Origin: Carpediemonas membranifera BICM
Lineage: Eukaryota; Protista; Fornicata
Direction of reading: 5' to 3'
NCBI GenBank assembly: GCA_019828565.1
Contig: JAHDYR010000038.1
Location: forward strand, 1,190,552-1,254,551
Length of the DNA: 64,000 bases
The notes under the pieces are model-generated. The model was not told where the DNA came from. It was given only the letters and a program-made list of their open reading frames with translations, and did no database searches. Shown here piece by piece: positions 10,829 to 23,188 of the stretch. Position 1 is the first letter of the stretch, and every line of letters begins with the position of its first letter. The translations under genes were made by a program, and so were the position numbers.

Positions 10829-11477
10829 TGTGCCATGCTAGGGCCCAGAAATAAAATAAAGACTGTTTACGAATTCCGCAGGTTAAGGGCACACTTCCCT
10901 CCCAGTGCATGTCGCACGACTAACGGCGACCGCTCCTGCGGAACTTCTTCTTAGCACTCTCAAACATCGGCTTGAGACCGGGATTGAGCTCGAGATAACT
11001 GTCGATAGCCTCGAGCTGGTCGTAGTAGCGGTTATAGGGGATGTATGAGTCCTCGTCGGGGGGTGAGGCCTTCCCAACGGATCAGTAGCTCCAGAGAGCC
11101 GTTCTTCTTCTTACGGTGGCCTAAGGCTGCCTCCACGGGTTGTTCATCTTGCTCGTAGGCGGCAATTTCCTCGAGCTCCTTCTCCGTGAGGCCGTCGGCG
11201 TGGAATGTGACGAGTCGGTCTGCGTGGACTGTGGCGACGCACTTCGACACGAGATCCATCACCTTGTAGGTGTTGGGGTGATCGCCCTTCCCCTCCATGC
11301 GGAGCGGTCCGCGCAGAGGCGGGAGTAGCTTGGTCGGCGGCTTGCCCGGGTATCTCAGCAGGACGTAGGTTTCGTTCTCCCAGGCCCGTGTGCTGTCCGG
11401 GGAGCCTGCAGCCTTGTTGACCTCGTAGGCTTTGACCTTGATCGCGGCAAGTTGTTGGAGCGACGTGACGTGGGCCT
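10829..11477 (-). mobile_element. Ty3/Gypsy 3' fragment (G1): integrase C-terminus (GPY/F + chromodomain), PPT and candidate 65-bp 3' LTR
   Basis: Minus strand reads KLLPPLRGPLR...VHADRL...LLIRWEGLTP[fs]DEDSYIP, stop at 10920. PPT GGGAGGGAAG (10894-10903) is followed by TGTGCC...GGCACA (10893-10829). Confidence 0.8.
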
Positions 11478-13360
11478 TGTCATGACGACCTCATTTAATG
11501 ATCAGTCTTATTTGGTCAATGATCTCAAACCTGCTTCTAAATTTCACTCTCTCAATTGTTTGGGTACCACAGTGATTACTGCATGCATTTACCTGAAACA
11601 AAACTCAACAACGCCCCGTTCCTGCGAAAGGCCACCACCAAGTCGTGGTATACTTTCCGTCAAGACTACGAGCAGTATGCTGCCCGTGAAGCCGATCCGA
11701 TCGTTGCCTTTGACCTAATCGAAACGCAGGTCCTAGAGGTTCTTAAGATCCGAATCCCTGAACTTGAGGGGTTCCTTGAGTACGCTAATGAAACGCCGGA
11801 TGAAGAGCCGGCCGATACCTCTGAACTCAACGAGGCCTTTATCACCATGGTAGACGAGCTGATGCAGCCTCTGGATGAGGTGGACGCTTTAGATCGCTTT
11901 AAGGACTTGTCGTGCGGCTCTGAGGGTAACCTCATTGACAACATGGCCGCGTATGCCCTGGCGTATAAGCGTCAAGTTCGTAACTGTTGTAAGGTTCGGC
12001 CCACGGAGAAGCTCATCGTCGATGCCTTTGTTGCTGGCATCAGGTACGGTCGCTTGAAGGAGCGAGTGAATGCTAAGAAGGCGAAGACGCTTGACGAGAC
12101 GATCGCCGAGGCATTCATCCAGGCCACGGAAGCAGAGAAGGCTCGCAGAGAGCACCAGCGTGTGGAGCGAGAGAGTGCGACCTCCGCAACGATGACTAAG
12201 GCTAAGGAGAAGTCGGAAACTGCTTGTGAGTACTGCCAGCGCAAGGGTCACACTGCTGATACGTGTTGGAAGCGTAAGCGTGACGAGCGTGAGGGAGTAA
12301 AGGGGCAGAAGTACGTTCATCTTAATGCTTTGGTCGCGGAGGACCGCGACAACAGACCCATTGGCGAGGTGGGCATCCTGGGGAGAGTGTTGGCGTTCCT
12401 TTATGACACAGGGGCCTCTGCCGACTTTATATCCCAATCCCTCGTCAAAGAGCTCGGCCTAGTCGTCGAGCCCGACCATGCTAAGGTTAAGCTGGCCACT
12501 GGTACGATTTACAACTCACCCGGCATTGTTAAGTTGAGTGCAGATTTTGGAGTGTTGCCATCTACTGGGCGGAGAACTCAAGCTGCTCTCAATTTGCGGG
12601 TGCTACCCGGGCTGAAGCCGACATTAGTTATGGGAATATCGACATTAAGTGCGTTGGGGCTAATCACGATCGTCAAGCCGACGATGGAGAATTCTGGAGA
12701 GCCACACTTCGCGGAGCTTGATGAAGATGAAGTAGACGAGACGTTATTTACCCTTGCTGAAGCGGAGCACGAACTACAGATACGTAGCTTCCCTGAAGAG
12801 ACTAATACCATCCTAAGCAAGTACAAAGACGTTCTCGGCGACATTTCGCAGCCAGCAGACGTTCCACCCTTCGAACTGGTTCTTACAAACCAGAAGGTTA
12901 TCAACATCCCTCCATACCACGTCTCGGCTGAAGAAAGAGAGGATATGCAGCGCCAGACGGCGCAGCTGGAGGATCTGAATGTGATTGAGGAGTCTACGAG
13001 CAACTATAACAATCCTACGGTGCTTGTATGGAAGCGCGATCGCACCCGCAGGCTCTGCTTGGACTTTCGGCGCCTTAACGACGCGACGGAGGACTTCGAT
13101 CACGACCTCCCTATCATTGACGATCTGGTAGCAAGACTAGAGGGTAAGACCCTCTTCGCTAAGCTGGACCTAAGCAAGGCCTTTCACCAGATTCCTATGA
13201 CCAAGAGCTCACGCAGACTAACGGCGTTTACAGTTGGGAAGCGTAAGTACCAGTACAAGCGTTTAGCTTTCGGACTCAAAGGGGCCGCAGCCTTCTGTCA
13301 GAAGACCCTCGAATCCGTACTGGGCGATGCACTGTGGACACGGTGTCTCGCATATGTAGA
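11478..13360 (+). mobile_element. Ty3/Gypsy 5' half (G2): candidate 94-bp LTR, gag-PR-RT, cut at YVD by the TIR transposon
   Basis: TGT...ACA at 11478-11571, ATG at 11583. Zn knuckle CEYCQRKGHTADTC, protease LYDTGAS, RT motifs RLCLDFRRLN, LDLSKAFHQI, FGLKGA, LAYVD|. Confidence 0.9.
11583..13360 (+). CDS. Gypsy Gag-protease-RT polyprotein (truncated)
   Basis: CCHC knuckle, DTG protease and RT motifs; the last ORF residues (MLSTSLDYLC) come from the TIR. Confidence 0.85.
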
Positions 13361-13435
13361 CATGCTGTCAACATCCCTAGATTATCTTTGCTAAACCCTA
13401 GATTATCTTCGACCTCAAAACGCTAGATAATCTAC
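13361..13435 (+). repeat. Left TIR
   Basis: CATGCTGTCAACATCCCTAGATTATCTTTGCTAAACCCTAGATTATCTTCGACCTCAAAACGCTAGATAATCTAC; three TAGAT(T/A)ATCT motifs. The outer end could be 13361 or 13365. Confidence 0.92.
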
Positions 13436-13528
13436 AATTTCTTGCTCAGAAATGAAGTATTCATTAAATTTAAGCTATTTAGAGATAAACGAAGGTCTTC
13501 TTGAGAGTCCATATGATGTACTTAGAGC

Positions 13529-15225
13529 ATGGAAAGAAGCTCTGGCTCTGACTCCTTGCCTGGTTTGAGCATTTCGCCGTGCAGGTTAAGACGAAACGAT
13601 AAAATGCCTATCGATCTCGAGAGGTCAAGGGCTGCTCGTAAGAACGTGGGCAAGCAGTTGACAGCGCAGACTCAAGCTGAAGAGACTCAGACAGTGCCGC
13701 TTGATCTTCTCGTCTGGGTCGATGGATGGCGAGGGTTGACTACATCTGTGAAGGTTCGGTTTATCGATGTCTCCGGCAAAGTCTTCCCGTCAGGCGGAAC
13801 ACCACCCTTCCGCATACTCGAGTACAACGGACCAGAGAAGCGCATTGGAGAATTCTTCGACTTCATCGAGCGCTCAGTCGAGAGTACCCATCGCGAGTCA
13901 CTTGAGGTGAGAAATACCGGTCTCCTGTGCCGTGTCACTCGCGTTATGTTCATCGCAGACCACCCAGCGATGTCAAAAGTCTGTGGAACCTTGATTGGCG
14001 GCAGCTATCCCTCTCCATTCAGCTCGGTACATGCTGACAACAAGGCCTGGAGCCCATTCGGTCTCACCCCACGAAACACGATTGCAGACGTGATGTATGC
14101 GAAGAAGATGTCTGTTGAGGACAAGACAGTCCTGGATAGAGAGAAGAAGTGGGGGTCGTTCTACAACAAGAAGAATAAGTGCATCATGCCCAGCCTATTC
14201 GAGAACTCGGATGACCCAACTCTCGATAGGGGCAAAATCTTCCTTGTCCCGCCGATCATGCACCTCAGTCATGACTTCGTCTCCTTGATACACAACATTT
14301 GTCGGATGTTCAAGCCAATTGAGGTCGACCCAGACTCTACCCCCGGAGGAAATCAAGACCAAGAAGGCCAGAAACGCTGACCTCGCCAGGCTGGCTAAGT
14401 TTGAACCTCCCAGTCGCACGACTGGCTGTAATGAGCAAGTGAAGGGGAGGAAGATGATCGCGTCAATTGGAAACGGTCTCTACATGGCATTCCCTCCCCC
14501 CGTTCAGCCACTTTTTCAGACTCGTTGCCTACCTGCAAGAGCATTATTACTCTCACGAGGAGGCCACAGATGACATTATCACCTGGCATCGACTGACAGC
14601 GTTGCTTGTTCACCTCTTTTCACTGACAATGTGTCTGAGCACGACCAGCACCGTGTCGGAGTCTATTCCAATCCGGCCGCCGTCTAAGGTAGCCAAGAAG
14701 GCTCCCTCCATCGACACACTTCATGGCTTAGCGCGAGTTGCTGTGTTGCCGGAGATTCAGTCAAAAATCCGAGTCCCACTTGGCCGGATTATTGAGGAGT
14801 CATTCGAGCGCGACTTTATTGGCAATCAGGAAAGTAGAGTACACTTAAGGCGCAACCAGATGGTCCTTGAGAGAACGATATTGAAGGAGCAGGTCGAGTT
14901 GTTTTACCGATTCCTCCGTGGCGTCGTCTCGTATGGGCGACAGTCAACAGACGTTCCCCACCAAATACGTCTGAAGACAATGCGCGTTCATCGCTGCTGC
15001 AAGGACGCCAAACACTGGATCCGTATTCGGAGCGAGGGCACTGGAACATTGGACGAGGGAGACTGTCAGAAACTGTTACCTCTGTTTGAAGGTCAAGTGG
15101 ATGGTCTATGGAAGAAGGTGTTGAGGCAGGTAGGGCTCGTGTTTGACGGGCAATGGTTAGACATCGATGTCCATGAGGAAGGAGAGATCTCACTGGATGT
15201 GTGCATCTGTGGCAAGTATGAGTAA
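13529..15225 (+). CDS. DDE transposase, Transib/RAG1/CMC-like (frameshifts in C-runs at ~14343 and ~14497; start possibly 13452)
   Basis: VWVDG (D1), MFIADHPAMSKVCG..GSYPS (D2), PPIMHL, TLHGL and VPLGRIIEESFE (E) match Transib/RAG1 motif order (WGCDG, IDGK, SxLH, PIGxLSEEAxE). Confidence 0.7.
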
Positions 15226-15297
15226 AGAATGAAAACATGATTGGTAGTTATAGATCGCGAGAATAGGCATTCTCATCTGCATTGCGGAGAAAAGGAG

Positions 15298-15485
15298 TTG
15301 ATGTTGTTAGTGATTTTCTAGAGTACAGCACCAGTTTCGGTAATAGGGGGACAGACGAGCGCAAACAACTACATGGCTCCGAACTACACGCGTTTCGGCG
15401 TTGATATTGGTTATTAAATGCACTGCTGGTAGCATATTGAGGGATTTCGTCATTGTACTCGAATGCACAAGTGTGCATTTTATGC
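15298..15485 (-). repeat. Internal dispersed repeat R1, copy 1 (188 bp, inverted)
   Basis: Near-identical reverse complement of the first ~189 bp of the copies at 21928 and 25202. Confidence 0.92.
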
Positions 15486-15516
15486 TCGCAACGAGATTAA
15501 AATGGCGAACTTAAGA
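15472..15516 (+). repeat. 45-bp direct repeat R2, copy 1
   Basis: TGTGCATTTTATGCTCGCAACGAGATTAAAATGGCGAACTTAAGA; 3 mismatches to 18802-18846. Confidence 0.85.
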
Positions 15517-15689
15517 CCCAAGACACATGCCGCGTACGAGGAAGGATATCATCTCCGGCGAACTGGAATTTACCTCGTTCATTTACTTCTGATGCCTTTT
15601 TCTGCTCTCTCTTCTCCAGCACCTCTGCCATCTCGAGACCTGTCAGCAGCATTGATCTCATTCCTGCATCACAGAAAGTATCAATCTCT

Positions 15690-16987
15690 TTACGTCCGCT
15701 CAATCATCGCAATAAACTGCCTGTGCAGTCTTCCGCGCACACCTTTTGCGCACTTATTGGTGCTCACCTGCCTGTATCCCTTGTGGCATGTGTCACAGCT
15801 GACGTTCTCGCGTCCATGAAGGTCTCTACCACACACTATGCAGCGCCGATAGAAGACTTGACCCTCAAACCCTCGCTGACAGCAGTCGGTCAGTCTCTTT
15901 CGCTGAGCTGCAGACAGGGTGACCTCTTCTGTATCATCTAACAGAAGCGGACTCGGCTTGGCGACGCATTCATGCACGCGCATGATGACCTTGAGCTTGT
16001 CAAGACATTCGGCAGCAGTGGGACGCTTTGTTGGGTCGAAGTGGAGCATCTGCATTGCCAGGTCGTACAGGCTGAGACAAGTAGGTGGCGTGGTGCCGCG
16101 AATCGGGAGCTCAGAGTTCACGTTGACACACTCGAGGCAATCTTTGAAATGTGTCTGTGCCTGAGGTGACAACTGCAACTGCCCACCATAGAATTGGCAC
16201 CAGTTCAGCAAGCTACCAAGCTTCAGCATCTTCTTCTTCTTCTTGTTGTCGATCTGCGCCATGTTTGCACCCATGTCAGTCACCTTCGCGGCAAATGGGG
16301 ACTTGGGGAGACCGTAAAAGAGCATCATAATGACAATACCGCAAGAGTAAATGTCCGATGCAGGTGTCACGACATAAGAAGTGACGGAAAGAGCCCCCTG
16401 CCGTCATGCGCGCGAGCTTGGAGGTGTCGCGTGCAGCAGTAATCACTGAGCGCGAGACAAGGTACTCGTAGAACAGCTCTGGGGGCAAATATCCATGGGT
16501 GCCGCGATACTCGGATACAAATCTCAGTTGTATGGCCCACCTGTCGTCGCCATTAGCCGGCTTCCTCATTGCAGACCCAAAAATCAATGAGGTATCCCTT
16601 CTGACTCTTGCTGAAGAGGAAGTTGTCTGGCTTAATATCGCAGTGGACAACCCCGTGGTCATGCATGTAGCATACTGCCTGCAGCAGATGCGAAACATAG
16701 CGGAACTGCACGCTGGAGTGAGCCTGGCAGATGTCAGCGAAGGGGGTACAGTTGACCAAAGGAGCCATGAAGGCTGGATCACGGTCGACAAAACCTGTAT
16801 CGACTACAGGGAGGACATGCGGACTGTCCTTGAGCGCTAGCAGGGTGGGAACCTCCATATCATAATGCTCATCAACTTTGATCACGACCTGCAGCTTTTC
16901 AGGTTCAAAGTCGTGCAGATATTGTCTACTATTACCATGTAAGGAAGTAAGTCGCTCCAGCTTGTCGCTATCTAGCTCGAACACCAT
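15690..16987 (-). CDS. Ser/Thr protein kinase with C-terminal Cys-rich finger (frameshifted cargo)
   Basis: VVIK, HCDIKPDNFL, YLIDF[G], GTHGYLPPE, DIYSCG and RPTAAECL spread over three frames; CxxC pairs at the C-terminus. Confidence 0.85.
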
Positions 16988-17151
16988 GCACAGGTAGCTG
17001 TGTGAAAATTGGTCTTAAAGTGCATTTCGCGACAGCTAGCTGTGCGTCGCAACGAGAGAAGTAGCAGTGGAAAACAAGACAGGACTGGCTTATGAATGGT
17101 GTTTATGGACATCAGCTATGCTCCAATCATAAACTCTTCCTCTTTACAATG

Positions 17152-18384
17152 TCAGATGAAGGAAAAGACGATACTGTCGGCAGTATCGCTCTCTGAGCGC
17201 TCCTCATCAATCACGTTCTCTTGAATCTCCCCATCACCATCTCTGCCCGCCACCTCCCCGCCATGCTCGTCGTGGTCGATCTTTGGTTCCTCATCGGCAC
17301 TCTTGCATAAGTCCACCTCCTCACCAAAGGCGCTCTCCTCGCGAGTTGGCACCTCGTAGTGCATCCACTCTGCCTGGTAAGCTGGCTCGTCGGACACCGC
17401 CTCCTCGTCAGTATCGCCCTCTCTCTCGCCCTCTGGCATCTCTGTCTCGCGAGTCGGCGAGCCGAACTCCGCCTCCTTGTCAGCCTCGCTTTGCCTCTCT
17501 TTCTTCTTAGTATCGTGAAGCTCGATCATTCTGGCCTTGAGCCTGTTGTAAAGCCAGTCATCGAGCATCGGCGGCACCAGGTCGGCAGAGCTTCGGATCT
17601 CCGGGTTGAGATCGAGGATCGTTGGGCGCCGCGTGGTCGTTAAGTGACTGGACGCCAACTGGTGCCTGAACTGCTCATCGGTCAGGCTGATGCGCTTGTC
17701 CTTAATGACCTTCTGAGGCTTCTCCTGCGGTCTGCCGCGGCGCTCTAGCGTGCCGATAGACTGCATCCTATCGGTGGACACGTCGATCCGCTGCGCAAAG
17801 CGAAGCATGCGAACCGTCAACCCCTGAACCTTGAGCGCCTCCGATACAGCACTGGCCTGCGGGAATCCCGATTTGAGCGTGCCAAAGCCCATCCAGCTCG
17901 GGCACGAGGTAAGGTCTATCGCATCGGGGAGATTACCTTGGAGATACGAATACTCCCAGCCCGTCTGGTTGAGCAGAATGGCAATGGCGCCATACGGGCT
18001 GGGGAGACTCTCAACTGATGCAGGCGACACCTCTTCCTCCTCTTTCCAGGACAACGGCTTCGCGGGATGTGGCAAGTCGAAGTTCCGGAAAGACTGAACA
18101 GCCGAAACGATCCTCTTAGCCATAGCAGGCGTCTTTGTAGCGAAATAATGCGCCAAATAAGTCGTAACGTTGTCGCTTCGGACAATCTCGATGCCCTTCT
18201 GCATTTCAGCGCCTGTTTCCTGGCAAATGCTGGCCAAAACGTCCTCCAGGTGCTTCTTGTACACACTACGCGTCTTCACTGAACCTCTATCAGACCAGCG
18301 CTTAACAATATCGTCGTTATTTGCAGCTAGAACCTCCATAACACGAGTTTTCTGTTGGTATTGCAATTTCAGAATTTCGTACAT
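17152..18384 (-). CDS. Degenerate tyrosine-recombinase-like protein (Xer-type core-binding domain, altered catalytic motifs, acidic tail)
   Basis: GSVKTRSVYKKHL...VTTYLA...IVSAVQSF resembles the integrase core-binding domain. AILLNQTGWEYSYL resembles box I with R>E. GLTVRMLRFA resembles HxLR with H>R. Confidence 0.55.
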   Translation of the reverse strand: MYEILKLQYQQKTRVMEVLAANNDDIVKRWSDRGSVKTRSVYKKHLEDVLASICQETGAEMQKGIEIVRSDNVTTYLAHYFATKTPAMAKRIVSAVQSFRNFDLPHPAKPLSWKEEEEVSPASVESLPSPYGAIAILLNQTGWEYSYLQGNLPDAIDLTSCPSWMGFGTLKSGFPQASAVSEALKVQGLTVRMLRFAQRIDVSTDRMQSIGTLERRGRPQEKPQKVIKDKRISLTDEQFRHQLASSHLTTTRRPTILDLNPEIRSSADLVPPMLDDWLYNRLKARMIELHDTKKKERQSEADKEAEFGSPTRETEMPEGEREGDTDEEAVSDEPAYQAEWMHYEVPTREESAFGEEVDLCKSADEEPKIDHDEHGGEVAGRDGDGEIQENVIDEERSESDTADSIVFSFI

Positions 18385-18801
18385 ACAAAATTATCAAATA
18401 CTTGGATTCGACCTAAACTTGGCTCAGATCCGCAATCCTGAGCTGGAGTGGGTTCATGGGAACTTTTTAAAATTTTAAAGTAGTCATGAACATCCAAATT
18501 CTAAGACAATCTCCGGTACTGGAAGTAATTCTGAAATAGCAATACCAACACAAGTTATATTTCTGAAAACCGAATACACGGTGATACTGTTATCTATTAG
18601 CTCCAGTAGGGACCCAGGCCAGGTTTTGTACACCCTACCCGCTTGCCTCGGAATTCGGACATGCCGAAATTCTGAAATTCGAATACCACCGCCCATTTTT
18701 TGACGTATGAGATCAGTATCCCATGCCAAACCTCAGGACGGCATTCGTGTACCTTTTCCTGCCCTGTATCCATTATATAACCACCCAATTTCCTTTCACA
18801 A

Positions 18802-18846
18802 TGTGCACTTTATGCTCGCAACGAGACTGAAATGGCGAACTTAAGA
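18802..18846 (+). repeat. 45-bp direct repeat R2, copy 2
   Basis: Matches 15472-15516. Confidence 0.85.
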
Positions 18847-19582
18847 ATAGAAAGAATACTGGCAGCTTTAACGTAGTAGGCATGCACATATCACTAAGAA
18901 ACATCAGTAAGCGAGCGCAGAGCATCATTAAAGCAACAATTATCCCTAAACAACATCAACAACTATAAGTCCATCAGGACCAAACAATATGAACTATAAA
19001 TGGAGCACTGATCAGTATAGATGATTTGAGAGTACCAGGCATGGCCAGAATACCGTAATTATCGTCCGTTGATCCACGTGACCTCCATCTTGGTCGGTAT
19101 CCAGAGAACGCCCGTCAGACGCTTGCAACGGAACATTTAGGGGGAGCATCCTGAATGGGGCCAGATTTGAGGGACCCTTGGTCTGACATGTCATGACCGA
19201 GTACTCTAGGGGCCTCCACAGTGCGTCCCGAGGTACGTTATAGCACCACAGACCTTCCCCCAAAAGCTGACTCCTGGACCCCTTGGCCGGAGCTCGCCCG
19301 AAGCGTGCCTCGGCTTGAACTAACGGCAAGAGAGCATAAAATCAGCCCTTTCGAACCGTGTTTTATGCTCTGCTGCCGTTATAGAATTATTCAAAGGGCC
19401 CTCTCTTTGCGCTTTTTTTCTGGTTCGTGGGACGAAGTAGGGACGGACAAAAAAGCACATACGGAAGGTATTGGAGGTACTGAGGCCGCCTAGGTACATA
19501 GTTGCCGTGTGGATGGTTTCAGTTTATTACTTTTGGCACTCTATGTCCATTTTTTTATGCTCTCTTGCTGATAGTGCCGAAA

Positions 19583-21772
19583 ATGGACTTGCTAAAGTGG
19601 ATTGAGAGCGCTAGCAAGGAACAGTACGATGCGATATTGGCTGCATACACCAAGGCAACCACCAATCATGCCAAATGTGCTGTTCTTCGCGCGGTTTTGC
19701 TGGATGAACGGAAACTGCTCGATCTAGTGATCAGGAAGCGTTTGTAGTCATAGCAATGCTTATATAGGAATCAACCTGAACCATATCACCACGAAATTCC
19801 GCCTCACGAAGGACGAGAAGGAGGAGCTCCAGGATAAGTTGAAGAAGCAGTTTATGGCACTCGCCGGACCAAGAAGTTCCAAGAAGCCCGGCGCGCTGGC
19901 GAAGTGGGTTGACGACAACCAGGCTGATATCGTGTATAGCCAGGAGAAGCGCAAGGCGCGTAAGGCCATTATTGAGGCCATTGACGCCGAGGAGAAGGAC
20001 AAGGGCAAGGGCAAGGCCGAGAGCGCTAAGAAAGAACCCGTCGACGATGAGAGTGGCGTGGACAGTGGTGAAGAGAGCGGCGTCGACGATTCTGAGTTGT
20101 GCGACAGTGAGAGTGAGGTGGACTTTGACAACGAGTCCGACGATGAGATTAGAGAACGCGCGATCAAGCGCCGGCGCGAGAGAAAGATCGCCCAGAAGCT
20201 CAAGGAGTGGGAGGACAATAACGCTCGCAACTACGTCCTGTGGCATAGAGTCCAGAAGGAGGTGCACGGCGAGCTTCGCATTCGCGCCTCTCGAGAGTCA
20301 GCTGCGGTTGCTGGGGACAACCACGTCGACGTCCAGTTCGACAGATACCTTCGCGTATCCAAGCTGCTCGAAATGAAGGACTGGATTCACAAAGACCTCC
20401 CATCTCTTCCGATGGAGGCACGAGTGCTCCATCACAAGGCGCAGAAGAGAGTACTCGAGCTGGAGGAGACCGTCACGAGGCTGCTGCAAGACGTGGGGTA
20501 CGCAGCTGACATCTCCATGGGTGCCAGCCCGACACCCGCGCCGTTTCGCCGCGACCTACCCCAGTCGGGCACACACCAAGCACGAACGAGTACCCCCCGC
20601 CGTACGGGGAAGAGCGACACAATCCACATGAAGCGCAAGGCCCTCATGACAATCCCTCAGAAGATCGCTGATGTCGATAACAACTCAGAGGAGTCAGACG
20701 AGGAGGAGATGGTGACAGAGGAGAAGAAGCGCGAGGCACACGAGGAGCTGGTGACAGAGGAGAGGAAGGGTGAGTCACATGAGGAGGACGTGACCAAATG
20801 CGACGCCTGCATCCAGGCTGAGCCCGAGAAGGCCAGGCCAGAGGACTCGGAGGAGGAGTCAGAGGAGGAAGAGGAGCCAGTGGAGGAGGGTGAGGCAGAG
20901 GAGGAGGAGCAGGAGGACGAGATGGCTGAGTCAGAGGTGAATGCAGAGTCAGAGGAGAAGCGTGAGGCAGATAAGGAGCAAGAGGCAGACAACGAGGTGG
21001 CATTCGAGGCTGAGTCGGACGTTGAATATGTCCAGGTCGACCACGTCGACCCAGCTTCCGAGCAGATGAGGAGCAGGGAAGTCAAGTTTAGAGTTGACGT
21101 CGCCAATCAGCTGGAGAAGAGCAAGCAGTGGGTCAGATACAAAACCCTGCCCCACGGCAACTGTATAACACACTGCCTCATGATGATCGAGGGCGTCACG
21201 GAGCCTCATGCGTTCAAGAGCTGGGAGACGATGACGAATGAAGAGCAGTGTGCAGCGGAGACGAAGGCGGACAACTACCGCGAGCAGATATACAAGGAAG
21301 CGATAGAGATGAACCGGCGGGCCACCTCCGGGGTACAGGCGGCCCGAGGAGGGTCTCCGGGACGAACTTTTCCATGAAGTGTGCAGTGTACACACTGTCA
21401 CGGAGGAGGGCAACATCGGTAAGCCAATCATGCAGGAGAAGTGGTTAACTCCAGTGGGCTGTTGAAGCCTGGTGCTCAATGACTGGAAAGTCCGTTGCAT
21501 ACCTCCATGTTGTCCGGGATTTTGACCCAAAGATCGATCCAGTCGTCGGCATGTACGTTTTTAGCAAGTCTGAGGAGGGCAAGGTGACACATGTCGCGTT
21601 TAAGCCCAACGAAAACGGCCAGAGCGCCCTGGCGTGTTTTTGCCCAACAGTGTCGCGAGTGGGAAATCGAGTATGCGGTCGAAGTGACAAGGGGACACGC
21701 CACTCTGCGCAAGGTTCCTCCCGGGCTGAAGAGGAGGAGATGGTCAGTGAAGAAGTAAGAGTAAAGGATTGA
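19583..21772 (+). CDS. Acidic protein with C-terminal OTU-like cysteine protease domain; 28-nt intron at 19740-19767; frameshifts ~21343 and ~21457
   Basis: Splicing GTTTGT...CTTATATAG joins the 19583 and 19839 ORFs in frame. TLPHGNCITHC resembles OTU DGNC; reconstituted KWLTPVAVEAWCSMTGKSVAY resembles the OTU W-helix. Confidence 0.55.
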
Positions 21773-21927
21773 TATACCGACCGTATCGCTTATGTTTATG
21801 TGACTTTGAGGTTGATTCGCGGTTTGTAGGGGGTATGGTGCTATATTACTCAGCCTGCTGTATATGTCTAGTCTACAGCCTGTATGCAGCTGTCTGTGGT
21901 GGTAAATATCGTCGGCTGGCCGAGAAA

Positions 21928-22168
21928 GCATAAACTGCACACTTGTGCATTCGAGTACAATGACGAAATCCCTCAATATGCTACCAGCAGTGCATTTAAT
22001 AACCAATATCAACGCCGAGACGCGTGTAGTTCGGAGCCATGTAGTTGTTTGCGCTCGTCTGTCCCCCCTATTACCGAAACTGGTGCTGTACTCTAGAAAA
22101 TCACTAACAACATCAATATCGAGCTAGAAGGCGATGTAAAGAGCCTCATTGGACAATATTATCTTGAT
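21928..22168 (+). repeat. Internal dispersed repeat R1, copy 2 (241 bp)
   Basis: Near-identical to 25202-25442; ends exactly against the stop codon of the chromodomain gene. Confidence 0.92.
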
Positions 22169-23015
22169 TTACTCCTCAGAAACGTCACGCTCGGGTTCCC
22201 GACGCCTGAAAAGATTGTTCTGAATTTCCCCGGTTGTACGACCCCGCCCAGAGAAGGTTATCTCCCGTCGCACGCCCACAAACCCCGAGGTTTCCCCAGC
22301 CTCCAGCTCACGCAACGTATCGGTCAGCGGAACGGTGACAGGCACAGGATACCCGATCCACTTGACAAGGCAGCGACGATTGGCATAGTCCTTGATCTGG
22401 ACACTCTCGACGGCATAGTCAAGGCTCGTGTCGGTTAACTGGAGGAACTTTTCAGGGCTGCCGAACGTGAATCTATCAACGTCGTCAGCAACGGCCCGAA
22501 GCAGCGGCTCATAGATCTCACCATCTAAAACGCCAGTAATACGAGCCTCCGTCATGATGACCCAGACACTGGGGTTGCGCTCACCCACCCATGCGGCAAG
22601 GCGATCCAACTCAGTAAAAGTCGGGAAGACACACGCGGTATCGAGGAAATCGTCTAGAGTCGGTGTCTTGTGCTTGGCCCCTGACCATGTTAGCGAAGAC
22701 TGACTGGTGTAGCGGGGTCACGAGCCTCTCATGAACGCGCAGAGTCGCTATTGCTGCCTCCTCGTTGAATGTGGCGTTGGAGTTCATGCCAAACAACATG
22801 CTCTGCACGTTGTACTGGATCGAAGCGCTGTAGCGGTCAGCACAGAGCCTCAGTGTGCTCGTTACCCACTTCTTACCCGCGGGAGACTGCGCGAAAGCAA
22901 GAATGACAGCTTTCCGGACCTTTTCCTTCTGAATCGTGATGGAATTGATCTTAAGAGACTCAATAGACTTCATCTCCTTCAGAGCAACCAGTTGATACGC
23001 AATATCCAGTTCCAT
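22169..23015 (-). CDS. Chromodomain-containing protein (one +1 frameshift at ~22617)
   Basis: YAVESVQIKDYANRRCLVKWIGYP is a chromo-like aromatic pattern. Removing one T joins the two ORFs (DFTELDRL). Confidence 0.6.
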
Positions 23016-23188
23016 CGAGCGTCAGGGATCAATGAAAATTGTCGGAAGCCGATTTTCGGAAAATTCTAGATCTTTTTGGGTGACATCGGGGATGTGGGCG
23101 CCAAGCACGAGGATCCCAGTGATGATGGGCCAGGTAGAAGGACCCTTGAACTTTTGAAAGCAATGAATTGTTGGGATCTCAATTTAGG

